Shown here in pieces: positions 26,215 through 35,703 of a DNA stretch of 64,000 nucleotides. The notes beneath the pieces were generated by a model, which was given only the letters and a program-made list of their open reading frames with translations, had not been told where the DNA came from and did no database searches. This DNA is from Fidelibacterota bacterium (GTDB taxonomy: Bacteria > Fidelibacterota > Marinisomatia > Marinisomatales > UBA1611), in assembly GCA_045568995.1 (NCBI GenBank), contig JBJKZY010000045.1, positions 4,281-68,280 of the forward strand, read 5' to 3'. The stretch's first letter is position 1. Each line of letters starts with the position of its first letter. Position numbers and translations under genes: made by a program.

Positions 26215-28545
26215 CTATTCTACCACTATCTCATCAGAAAAGATCCAGGCATCACCATCACTTCCAGCGTGCCAGCTAGGGCATTTTTTTCTATTATGAG
26301 CTGTTATTAAAATATATCTAGCTGATTGATTTAATCGATCGAACCGCCCCTCTTTCCTATTTGATTTTATATAGTTTTCTCCATCTTGTAATATTAGTTG
26401 TTTTTTATTTATAAAGTTTTTTCCATTAGTAGAGAATGATACAATTACCGATTTTGGTAAAAAGATCCAGGATTGATGAGATTCTAAAAAACCACAAACA
26501 ATAGTATTTATCTTTTTATTTTCATGTAAATCAATAACGATTTCCATGTCATCTTTTTCCCATCCTTGCCAGTATCCATCATTGTGATCTTCTGAACCGA
26601 TTAACCCGTCAATTAAGTTTTTTTCACCAGAACCTGAATATTTACGAACATAGTCTGAATTGTAAACAACTGTTTTCCCGATTGCTTTATGAAAATAAAA
26701 AGTTTTTTCTGACATGGGTCCGAAGGTTCCGTCTGATTTCATAATATTGGCTTTGATAGTTGTTGTTTTTTTTATTGAAAAATTCTTTTTAAAAATTTGG
26801 GAAGACTTATCTGGTTGGTTTCCATTAATTGTGTAATAAATTGGTTCTCCAGGATGCTCAGAAGAAAGAGAAATCAAAAAACTATCGACCTTAGATCTTT
26901 TAATATTTACCTCAAATGAACCTGGGGAATAAGTCCAGTTTAAATTTTTAAATCTTTTTTTCAGATCCTTTAATCTAAAATAAAAATCTTCATATGTATT
27001 TGTACCTGGACCTGACCATAAAACTTCGGACAGAGCGCTCATTCTTGGTAGAACTCTATATTGTGCAATTTCGGGTGTTTGAACGTATTCCGTCCAAAGG
27101 TTTCCTTGTCCACCTAAAACAAATTTAGAACTTGTGCTGTCTAGCTCTTTAGGAATTGGATTAAAAGAATAAACAGTCTTTAGTGTTGTCATTCCTCCAA
27201 AAGCAGCAGCAGGAGCACTTTCAGGGTCTGACTGATAATAATCAAAATAGCAATGAGAAACAGGGCACATAATTACGTCATGTCCAGCTTTAGCAGACTT
27301 AACACCATCGTGAAACCCTCGCCAGCTCATTACCGTAGCAGACTTCGCTAAGCCACCTTCTAGAATTTCATCCCACCCAATTAATTTTTTCTTTTTAGAA
27401 AGAATAAATTTCTCTATTTCTTTTATGAACCAACTTTGTAGTTCGTGTTCGTTTTTCAATCCCTCTTCAACTATTCTGGTTTGGCATTTATCGCATTTTT
27501 CCCAGTTTAGTTTTTCTGCTTCATCACCGCCGATATGTATATATGGACCAGGAAATAAAAGACAAACTTCTTCTAGCACGTTTTTAAGAAAGGAAAAAAC
27601 ATCATCGTTTCCTGCGCAAAAAATATCCTCGTTTGGCCAATATGATCCCGGGTTCACAGGAATATATTTTTTATTACATGAAAGTTCTGGATAAGCGGAA
27701 AACACTTCTGATGTATGCCCAGGCATTTCAATTTCAGGAATTACTAATATGTTTTTCTTTTTAGCGTATTCTACAATTTCTTTTATTTCTTTTTGTGTGT
27801 AAAAACCACCATATGTTGCCTTCTCATTTTTTTTTGCAGGTGATTGTTCTTTCCAAGGCTCCTTTCTTCTATCCACTCTCCAAGCTGCTTTTTCAGTTAA
27901 AAGTGGATATTTTTTTATTTCAATCCTCCATCCATTATCATCTGTTAGGTGCCAATGAAAAACATTCATTTTGTGTAAAGCAATCATATCAATATAAGTT
28001 TTGATAAAATCAACATTGAAAAAATGGCGGGAGACATCTAGATGCATGCCTCGATATTTAAAAGAAGGGGTGTCTTTAATTTCACAAGAAGGAACAAGAG
28101 ATGTTCTTGGTTTTAAGCCCTTTTCTAAATTCGGATCACATAATTGTCTAAACGATTGGAAGCCATAAAATAAACCAGGTTCATGTGATGCTTTTATTGT
28201 GATAAAGCCAAGGTCGCTGATATTTAGTACATACTCTTCTTTTTCTAAATTGTGTTTAAGGCTTAAGCTAATGTTTATTTTGTTTTTTGGATCACCTATC
28301 GATTTTTCTATTTTTAGAGTTTTTAAAGGTTCCAAATAACTTTTGAATAGTCCTGCTATGTATCTTTCATATTTTGTATTGTTTTCAATTTTTATGCCAT
28401 CGATAGAGTTTAAGTCTAAAGATGAGCTGTTTGTTTTGATGCTTGTTGGTTTTGGAATAATGTTTATAGATGTGTTGTTCATGTTTTTTTCATAGTTATT
28501 ACAAGAAAAAAGTAAACAGATTATTGAAAATATTAAACGATACAA
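26215..28545 (-). CDS. Beta-N-acetylhexosaminidase (GH20) lipoprotein with C-terminal accessory domains
   Basis: RGMHLDVSRHF, FHWHLTDD.GWR, PEIEMPGH, HIGGDE, LWTEY, PR..ALSE. Confidence 0.93.
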   Translation of the reverse strand: MYRLIFSIICLLFSCNNYEKNMNNTSINIIPKPTSIKTNSSSLDLNSIDGIKIENNTKYERYIAGLFKSYLEPLKTLKIEKSIGDPKNKINISLSLKHNLEKEEYVLNISDLGFITIKASHEPGLFYGFQSFRQLCDPNLEKGLKPRTSLVPSCEIKDTPSFKYRGMHLDVSRHFFNVDFIKTYIDMIALHKMNVFHWHLTDDNGWRIEIKKYPLLTEKAAWRVDRRKEPWKEQSPAKKNEKATYGGFYTQKEIKEIVEYAKKKNILVIPEIEMPGHTSEVFSAYPELSCNKKYIPVNPGSYWPNEDIFCAGNDDVFSFLKNVLEEVCLLFPGPYIHIGGDEAEKLNWEKCDKCQTRIVEEGLKNEHELQSWFIKEIEKFILSKKKKLIGWDEILEGGLAKSATVMSWRGFHDGVKSAKAGHDVIMCPVSHCYFDYYQSDPESAPAAAFGGMTTLKTVYSFNPIPKELDSTSSKFVLGGQGNLWTEYVQTPEIAQYRVLPRMSALSEVLWSGPGTNTYEDFYFRLKDLKKRFKNLNWTYSPGSFEVNIKRSKVDSFLISLSSEHPGEPIYYTINGNQPDKSSQIFKKNFSIKKTTTIKANIMKSDGTFGPMSEKTFYFHKAIGKTVVYNSDYVRKYSGSGEKNLIDGLIGSEDHNDGYWQGWEKDDMEIVIDLHENKKINTIVCGFLESHQSWIFLPKSVIVSFSTNGKNFINKKQLILQDGENYIKSNRKEGRFDRLNQSARYILITAHNRKKCPSWHAGSDGDAWIFSDEIVVE

Positions 28546-28558
28546 TTCGATTAATTAT

Positions 28559-29000
28559 TTATTTTTTTTGAACTGCAATTAATGAAATAAACTCATATAT
28601 AATATTTGGAGTAAGTAGACTTGTAATATGAGTTGGGTCATATGGTGGCATTACCTTAACTATATCAAAACCTACAAAATTGATTTATGTTAATCCCCGA
28701 ACAAATGAAATTGCATCGTAACCAGTAACCCCCCAGCTTCTGGTATTCCCGTGCCTGGCGCGAAAGCAGGATCTATAAAGTCTATATCAAAAGTTAGATA
28801 TGTCCTTTTATTACCAATTCGACTTTTGACTAAGGACAGCGCTTTTTGAACGCCCATAGTATGGAGTTCTGGTCCTGTAATTGAGAGTAAACCCGCGTCT
28901 TTAGACATTGAAAAATTATTTTTATCGTATAAGGGTCCACTTAATCTTATTTGACAAGAAGCGGAGGGGTCAATCAAATTTTCTTCTAGCGCTCTACGTA
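28559..29000 (-). pseudogene. speB: Agmatinase/ureohydrolase remnant: C-terminal half only, with a frameshift and a premature stop
   Basis: RRALEENLID...YLTFDIDFIDPAFAPGTGIPEAGG, then after a frameshift near 28730 TGYDAISFVRGLT*INFVGFDIVKVMPPYDPTHITSLL...YEFISL; the N-terminal metal-binding motifs are absent. Confidence 0.85.
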
Positions 29001-29022
29001 TAAGTATTTTTATCACTTTTCC

Positions 29023-30453
29023 TTATTTGAGATATGCTAATTTTTTTGTGCTTCTTTCAGAAGAAGACGCAATAGAAAAAAAGTAAACTCCCGAAGGGAT
29101 TTCTTGGCCCAGACTGTTTTGTCCATCCCAAACGAAAGTATGATATCCGATTGGGTGCTTAGGTGATTTCGTATGTATGATCTTTTGACCTAATTTATTA
29201 AAAATTGAAATAGTAATGTCCTCTTTAAATGATGTCTGATATCCGATACTTGCTCTTCCGTTAAAAGGATTTGGACATATAGATTTAATTAATATACTGT
29301 TATTTATAACCGTATTGTTATCCAAATCGCTACCCGCAGAAACGGGGGTAAATTGGATAGCATCAAACACAACAAAGGACCCAGAGGAAGAAGGGCCCAC
29401 AACATCTCTTAGGATTACGCTACAGTTTGATCCGGGAGACAAAGAAACAGAAAATATAGAAAAAAAACTTCCTTGGTTTGCACTCTGATTTACCGTTACA
29501 GAATTTTTTTCACTTGTTCCATCTTCATTTTTAATGTTTAATTCGTAAATTGCTTCTGTAACAGCATCTAGTCCTTCGGGTATAAATATCTCAACATTAT
29601 GTTCACCTTCTTGTTCCAGAAATGGTACCCAAATTGCGTAGTGTCGACTATCTTCTTCTGCATTAATTGCAGGACTAATCCAACAATCATTATTATATCC
29701 AAAGTTAAGATAGCTCCAGTCGGGGCCTTGAAATCTTTCAAATCCATTATCCCCATCATCAATTAGTGTGTTTGAAGACCATAGCCATTCACTTTGATTA
29801 CCTCGAAACTGTTCTATCGGATCAGTAGAGGCATGCCACCAACCAAAAGGGTCTACTGCATATGGGTTGTCTGGATCAAAAAAATGACTACCTTTTCGAA
29901 CTTCAAAATGTAAGTGCGAATTTATAGCGCATCCGGTATTTCCCGTAAAGCCCAAAGTGTCACCTGTTACCACATTGTCTCCAACGCTCACATTTAAAGG
30001 GGGCATCATATGGAGATACACCGTAAAGTAGTCATTACCATGAGCAAGTATGATTGTTCCTTGGTCTCCATTGGGAGAAATTCCACCGGGGCACGGGTCT
30101 GCAGGAGAAGAAAACGAAGACCATAAAACATAACCATCTGCGGGTGCCAGTATAGGCGTATTCAAAGGCATAAAATAATCAACACCAGCATGTCCATCGT
30201 AACATGATGTACCAGTTAAACAATCAGGATATATTAAATCATCTGTGTACTCAATGCCGTCAAAACGTAAAAATATATTATCTTGTTGATTTGTTGAGGG
30301 ATGGTGGTGGTCCACGCAATTAGAAACTGGATATTGTTCGAAGCTTGGTGGGACATAGGGTCTGATATCTAAAAAAGGTTCCTGACTAATTAAGAATGAT
30401 AGGAATAAGATGGAGGCAAGTTTTTTATATGATATGATGGATAATTTTTTCAT
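29023..30453 (-). CDS. Secreted M23 family peptidase with a central beta-sandwich and a C-terminal FlgD/T9SS-like tail
   Basis: HAGVD (HxxxD), YLHM, GNTG, HLHFE; tail PNPFN...WDG.N..G...PSGVYF. Confidence 0.85.
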   Translation of the reverse strand: MKKLSIISYKKLASILFLSFLISQEPFLDIRPYVPPSFEQYPVSNCVDHHHPSTNQQDNIFLRFDGIEYTDDLIYPDCLTGTSCYDGHAGVDYFMPLNTPILAPADGYVLWSSFSSPADPCPGGISPNGDQGTIILAHGNDYFTVYLHMMPPLNVSVGDNVVTGDTLGFTGNTGCAINSHLHFEVRKGSHFFDPDNPYAVDPFGWWHASTDPIEQFRGNQSEWLWSSNTLIDDGDNGFERFQGPDWSYLNFGYNNDCWISPAINAEEDSRHYAIWVPFLEQEGEHNVEIFIPEGLDAVTEAIYELNIKNEDGTSEKNSVTVNQSANQGSFFSIFSVSLSPGSNCSVILRDVVGPSSSGSFVVFDAIQFTPVSAGSDLDNNTVINNSILIKSICPNPFNGRASIGYQTSFKEDITISIFNKLGQKIIHTKSPKHPIGYHTFVWDGQNSLGQEIPSGVYFFSIASSSERSTKKLAYLK

Positions 30454-30522
30454 TGTGGTCTAACTTTCATTGAAATATACCATTATCATATTAAAGAATT
30501 GAATACTAAAAAAGGATTTAAA

Positions 30523-32244
30523 ATGAAATTGACACACGTTTTCTCTTTCGTTTTTTTATTTTTAGGAAATAGTCACTTATCTGGTACGGATATAGATAGC
30601 GCTTTTTCCGTAAAGTGGCACAATGACTCTTGGGGAGCGGGTGGCTTGTTCCCTGCTGGCCCACCTTGGAGCATGGTCGGGTCATATGACTTTGATAATG
30701 ATGGATTTGGAGATTTTGTTGTTTCCAGTTCTTATGCTGGGCAATATTGTAATGGTGTCTATCACTATGAAGCAGCAAGCAACGATTCTATTGAAATTCG
30801 TTGGGTATATACTTTTTATGATTTGAGTTGTGATTACGATGCGTATTCAAGCATTGCTGTTGGAGATCTTGATGGAGATAATAACCAAGAAATAATATCT
30901 CTTGTGGATACTAGTCCTGGTGTTTCTGGGCAAAATGGATTTCAGGTGTTTGAGTGGAGTCCAGATTCAATGTCGTTTTTGTCTACCCCCTCTTATACTT
31001 GGAACATGGGGTTGGATAGTGTTTGGGAAGCTGCTCAGATTTTGGTAGAGGATTTGGATGGTGACTCTAAAGATGAGATTGTTGTTTCTATCATGGACGG
31101 TCCTTGGGAGCAAGCTGGGATTGGTGGAAGTAGTCGATTAATGATTTTCGAGCTAGACACAGTTTTTTATGATACAACGTATAATGATGATGGAACGATA
31201 AACACAATCAATGACTCTGTGCTATTTTCGATTGAATTTGAAGACGATTCTTGGACAAATTGGAGTGGCTATAATATATCCACAGGAGATCTTGACAACG
31301 ATGGCTTTACAGAAATTTACACTGTAGCATTTGATTTTTATCATGTTATTGTTTTTGAAAACACAATGGTAAATGAGTATGAATACCAAACAGATTTTTA
31401 TGTTAGTTCTGAAGCTTATGAGTTCGGAAATCAGAGCTTGGTCGTAACAGATATGAATGGGGACGGAACCAATGAATTGTTTGCAGCAACTTCAGGTACC
31501 AAGTCGGGAGAAATTCCTCTAACGCCGGGCAAGCTATATAGCGCGAGCAACATTGAAGATGTTAGCCTGTTGACTTTTTCAGATTTTAATTATTTTGCAA
31601 GTTATGAAGGAGGACTTCGTCAGATTGTGACAGGAGATGCAGATAATGATGGAAAACTAAATCTTTATTTGGCTGGTCACTATGACGAGTCTTTATATGA
31701 TTGGGAGTACATCGGACAAGACCCTGGTGATGTCTCAAGTTATTCTGAGCGTGTTATCTTTATGGATGACACAACCGATGATGGCGGTTTTGGTTTAGAC
31801 CAGGGAAAGGTTCGAGTAGCAAAACTTTTTGTTGGAGATTTAGATAATGATGAAATAGGAGATATTGTTTTTACATCTGCAAGCTTTGCTGCAGATAAGC
31901 CACATATATATTTTCTTGAACATAGTGGTATACTTGATGTCGGGAGCGATAATAAAATCATACCAGATAAAATTGCTATATCACAAAACTATCCAAACCC
32001 ATTTAATCCCCTTACAAAATTTGTTTACACGATAGATAAGCCAGGTGTTGCATCATTGAAGATATACGATGTAACAGGAAAGCTGATATACACTATTTTT
32101 GATGAACACAAAGAAACTGGAACTTTTGAAGAAGAATGGAGAAGTGCCGATAAAAACAGCCAAGCAGTTTCAAGCGGCGTCTATCTTTACCGATTTACTT
32201 TAAATGGTGAAAGTGTTACAAAAAAAATGGTTTTAAGTAAATAG
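30523..32244 (+). CDS. Secreted FG-GAP/VCBS-repeat protein with a C-terminal FlgD/T9SS-like tail
   Basis: Seven DxDxDG-type motifs (DFDNDG, DLDGDN, DLDGDS, DLDNDG, DMNGDG, DADNDG, DLDNDE); QNYPNPFNP...SSGVYLY; probable ATG at 30523. Confidence 0.85.
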   Translation: MKLTHVFSFVFLFLGNSHLSGTDIDSAFSVKWHNDSWGAGGLFPAGPPWSMVGSYDFDNDGFGDFVVSSSYAGQYCNGVYHYEAASNDSIEIRWVYTFYDLSCDYDAYSSIAVGDLDGDNNQEIISLVDTSPGVSGQNGFQVFEWSPDSMSFLSTPSYTWNMGLDSVWEAAQILVEDLDGDSKDEIVVSIMDGPWEQAGIGGSSRLMIFELDTVFYDTTYNDDGTINTINDSVLFSIEFEDDSWTNWSGYNISTGDLDNDGFTEIYTVAFDFYHVIVFENTMVNEYEYQTDFYVSSEAYEFGNQSLVVTDMNGDGTNELFAATSGTKSGEIPLTPGKLYSASNIEDVSLLTFSDFNYFASYEGGLRQIVTGDADNDGKLNLYLAGHYDESLYDWEYIGQDPGDVSSYSERVIFMDDTTDDGGFGLDQGKVRVAKLFVGDLDNDEIGDIVFTSASFAADKPHIYFLEHSGILDVGSDNKIIPDKIAISQNYPNPFNPLTKFVYTIDKPGVASLKIYDVTGKLIYTIFDEHKETGTFEEEWRSADKNSQAVSSGVYLYRFTLNGESVTKKMVLSK

Positions 32245-32277
32245 TTTTGATGCGTTATCCTCAGAAGGTTTTTTGGG

Positions 32278-33855
32278 TTGACTGAGGTAATGTTTTTGGA
32301 AAGAATAATTACCAGAGCAATCATTTTTAATCTGTTTTACATTGTTTTATTTCAGCTTAATTGTTCTCCACATGATATAAAAAATGATAAAGTATTTGTA
32401 ATTGCTACCTATGATGATGTAAAAGACTGGGATCCTGCTACTGCTTTTTCACTTGAGGTTTTTCCTATGTCTAATATGTATGAGCCCTTGCTTTGGTATG
32501 ACGCGGGGGTAAAACCGGGAAGGTTTTTACCCGGGTTAGCAACCTCCTATTCCAAATCTGAAGATGGTCTTGTTTGGGTATTTAATTTAAGGAAAAATGT
32601 TTTTTTTCATGATGGAACAAAGTTTAATGCTGAAGCGGTAAAGTTTGTTGTAGAAAGAAATAAAAAACTCAATGGAGGGGCAAGTTACATATGGTCTTCA
32701 GTTGCCAAAATTACGATAAATAGCCCGCACCAAATTATTTTCACTCTTTCATCTCCTGTCCCTTTTGATAAAATAGTAAGCTCTCAGTATGGAGCGTGGA
32801 TGTATTCGCCATCGATTGAAAGCATTTCAGAAGATTCTTTGAATCATGGTTTCGGATCTGGAACGGGACCTTATCAATTAAAAAAATGGGCCAAGAATAA
32901 ATATATATTATTAGAAAAATTTAATAAATATTGGAGGGGTTGGGAGAAAAGAGACCATTATAACTCTGTTTTAATTCAAGTAGCAACAGAGTCTTCTACA
33001 AGGTTTCAAATGATAAAAAGTGGAATAGCTGATTATGCTGTTTTAATTCCTAATCAATTACTAGAGACATTAGAAGATAATTTAGAAGTAAGCGTTTCGT
33101 ATCATCCATCTTGGATCAATGAATTCTACCTTTTGAATACAAAAAAACATCCTACCAACAATCTTTGGTTTAGGAGAGCAATAGCTTCGTCATTAGACCG
33201 AAAAGTTCTATCTAATTATATATATAAAAACACTGCTGTGGAATCAAAAGGGTTAACTCCACAAAGCATACCCTTTTTTGTTGAACCAGATAGTTTGATC
33301 GAGTTTAGTTTAGATCTTGCCAAGAATTATTTAAATAAATCAGGTTTGGACTTAACCAATGTAAAAACAGATTTATCCTATGTTTCAACCTACGAGCAAT
33401 ATCGTTTAACTGCGTTTATGCTTTTAGATAATCTAAAAAAAATTGGTGTTGATCTTGATTTAAGGCCAGGTTTGTGGTCAACGAATTGGGACAAAGCTAA
33501 AAATTTGGATACGGCACCCAATATAATATCTATGGCTTGGTGGCCAACGGTATCATCACCATCAGATTGGTTTTTTGCATTATACAACACTCAAGAGAAC
33601 CCCCTTTTTAATCTTTCTTATTATGGTAACAGTGTTGTGGATTCACTTACAAAAAAAGCCTGGGAATTAGAAACAACTGAACCTAGCGTTGCTCAAGATT
33701 TGTATAAAAAAATTCAAAACATTCTCATTGATGATTGCGTTGTAATCCCCGCTGTTGATGTAAATGTGTCTTCGGTTCGAAAAAGGAATATAAGTGGCCT
33801 GAAAAGCAATCCTGCTTACTCTACTATATTTGTTTATGATTTAAGCAAAAATTGA
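32278..33855 (+). CDS. Peptide/nickel ABC transporter substrate-binding protein (family 5)
   Basis: WDPA, PGLATS...FNLRK.V.FHDG..FNAEAV, GTGPY. Confidence 0.9.
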   Translation: MTEVMFLERIITRAIIFNLFYIVLFQLNCSPHDIKNDKVFVIATYDDVKDWDPATAFSLEVFPMSNMYEPLLWYDAGVKPGRFLPGLATSYSKSEDGLVWVFNLRKNVFFHDGTKFNAEAVKFVVERNKKLNGGASYIWSSVAKITINSPHQIIFTLSSPVPFDKIVSSQYGAWMYSPSIESISEDSLNHGFGSGTGPYQLKKWAKNKYILLEKFNKYWRGWEKRDHYNSVLIQVATESSTRFQMIKSGIADYAVLIPNQLLETLEDNLEVSVSYHPSWINEFYLLNTKKHPTNNLWFRRAIASSLDRKVLSNYIYKNTAVESKGLTPQSIPFFVEPDSLIEFSLDLAKNYLNKSGLDLTNVKTDLSYVSTYEQYRLTAFMLLDNLKKIGVDLDLRPGLWSTNWDKAKNLDTAPNIISMAWWPTVSSPSDWFFALYNTQENPLFNLSYYGNSVVDSLTKKAWELETTEPSVAQDLYKKIQNILIDDCVVIPAVDVNVSSVRKRNISGLKSNPAYSTIFVYDLSKN

Positions 33856-34868
33856 TGTTTAAATATTTTTTTAATAGAGTTGCTTTGATGGGGTTGATAA
33901 TGTTGTTTGTAACAAGCGTTACTTTTTTTATCGTTCGTTTGCTTCCTGGGGATCCAGTTTTTTTATTGGTTGGCGATCACCCAACAGAAGAACAGATAGA
34001 AAAGGCAAAAAACGATTTTGATCTAAATGAGTCTATATACAAACAATATGTGGGTTTTTTAAAAAAGACAATGTTTTTAGATCTTGGTGTATCACTTCGA
34101 ACAAAACAACCGGTCTTAACAGAGTTGACCAAACGATTTTCCGCTACTTTTGAGCTTGTTCTTTTTTCGATGTTTATCGCTATCCTTTTTGGGTTTCCAG
34201 TGGGGTTAATATCTGCCTTAAAGCAGAAAAAAAGAATTGACTATTTTTTTAGAAGTTTTGGTTATTTAGGTTTATCTATACCCGTTTTTTGGCTCGGCAT
34301 GATTCTACAAATAATTTTTTTTGGGATTTTGTACTGGCTTCCACTTCAAGGTAGATATTCAGGAATAGTTTTTCAAGATTCCCCGCTAATTTATAATAGT
34401 GGTTTTATTTTAATCGACAGTTTTTTTTCTGGAGAGTGGACATCTTTTATAGATGCTTTGAGGCATATAACCTTACCTGCTTTTACAATGGCTTTTGGTG
34501 TTTTTGGAATTGTGGTTCGTACAACTCGCTCTGTAACTATTGATACCATGAGCGCACCGTTTTTTAGGACTTTTAAATTTTATGGACTTAAAAATAGTGA
34601 GATCATTAAAAAATCAGGATATAAAAACACACTTGTTCCTGTTTCTACAGTTGTTGGATTGAGTTTTGGTCTCATGCTTGGAGGAACGTTTCTTGTTGAA
34701 TCTATCTTTGATTGGCCGGGAGTGGGTCAATTTAGTGTTTTATCAATTTTAACAAGAGATTTTCCAGCAATAGTTGGCGTTACCATCCTTTATAGTTTTA
34801 TTTATGTGATCATTAATTTTTTTATAGATATGTTTTATGTAATTGTTGATCCAAGAATTCGTGACTAG
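33852..34868 (+). CDS. Peptide ABC transporter permease (DppB/OppB-like)
   Basis: LPGDP, DLG.S, SIPVFWLG, VESIFDWPGVG, DPRIR. Confidence 0.92.
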   Translation: MMFKYFFNRVALMGLIMLFVTSVTFFIVRLLPGDPVFLLVGDHPTEEQIEKAKNDFDLNESIYKQYVGFLKKTMFLDLGVSLRTKQPVLTELTKRFSATFELVLFSMFIAILFGFPVGLISALKQKKRIDYFFRSFGYLGLSIPVFWLGMILQIIFFGILYWLPLQGRYSGIVFQDSPLIYNSGFILIDSFFSGEWTSFIDALRHITLPAFTMAFGVFGIVVRTTRSVTIDTMSAPFFRTFKFYGLKNSEIIKKSGYKNTLVPVSTVVGLSFGLMLGGTFLVESIFDWPGVGQFSVLSILTRDFPAIVGVTILYSFIYVIINFFIDMFYVIVDPRIRD

Positions 34869-34869
34869 A

Positions 34870-35703
34870 GTGATAAAATACGCTCAAAGTTTTTTTTCAA
34901 AAGAACTATCATCTGTAGCTATAATATTTCTAGTCGGATTGTTTTGGTTATCTGTTTTTATACCTTTTCTATCTCCATATTATCAAGATATTTATGGATC
35001 AGTTCATTTTGAAATTGCTGGTCAACCACCTTCTTTTTCACATTGGTTTGGTACGGATACAGCAGGAAGAGATATGTTTACTATAACCATTCGCGCAGCG
35101 TTTTACTCATTAAAGATAGCCGTTGGGGTTGTGTTTCTTTCTGTTTTGGTTGGTGTGCCAATTGGGATGTTTTCAGGTGTTTCTAATAAAAGAACGGATG
35201 AAATAATAATGAGAATTACAGATGGGTTTCTTGCTTTTCCGCCAATGATCCTTCCTCTTGCAATAACGGCTATTCTGGGTCCATCTTTAAACAATGTTAT
35301 TATCGGAGTTTCGGTTTCCTGGTTTCCTTGGTATGTTAGAATAGCGCGTTCTCAATCCTTGGTTATTTCATCTTTAGACTATGTGTCTATTTCAAAAAGT
35401 ATGGGAGCCAGTAAATATCATATAATAAAAACCCATGTTTTACCAAACAGTTTAAATCCTATTTTAACCCAGGCGTCTATTGATGCAGGTTATGCTATAT
35501 TAACTGCTGCAGGTCTTTCCTTCATTGGTTTAGGGGCACAACATCCTGAGGTAGAATGGGGCTTGTTAGTTACACAATCAAGAGCACAGTTTTTAAATCA
35601 TTGGTGGGTGGTTTTTTTCCCGGGGGTTTTTATGTGCTTAACTGTTGTTTGTTTTAATATCATTGGTGATGATTTTCGCAACAATGAAACGCCAGAGATA
35701 TAA
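34870..35703 (+). CDS. Peptide ABC transporter permease (DppC/OppC-like)
   Basis: HWFGTD.AGRD, MRITDG.LAFP, HVLPN, LSFIGLG, EWG; probable GTG start at 34870. Confidence 0.92.
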   Translation: MIKYAQSFFSKELSSVAIIFLVGLFWLSVFIPFLSPYYQDIYGSVHFEIAGQPPSFSHWFGTDTAGRDMFTITIRAAFYSLKIAVGVVFLSVLVGVPIGMFSGVSNKRTDEIIMRITDGFLAFPPMILPLAITAILGPSLNNVIIGVSVSWFPWYVRIARSQSLVISSLDYVSISKSMGASKYHIIKTHVLPNSLNPILTQASIDAGYAILTAAGLSFIGLGAQHPEVEWGLLVTQSRAQFLNHWWVVFFPGVFMCLTVVCFNIIGDDFRNNETPEI

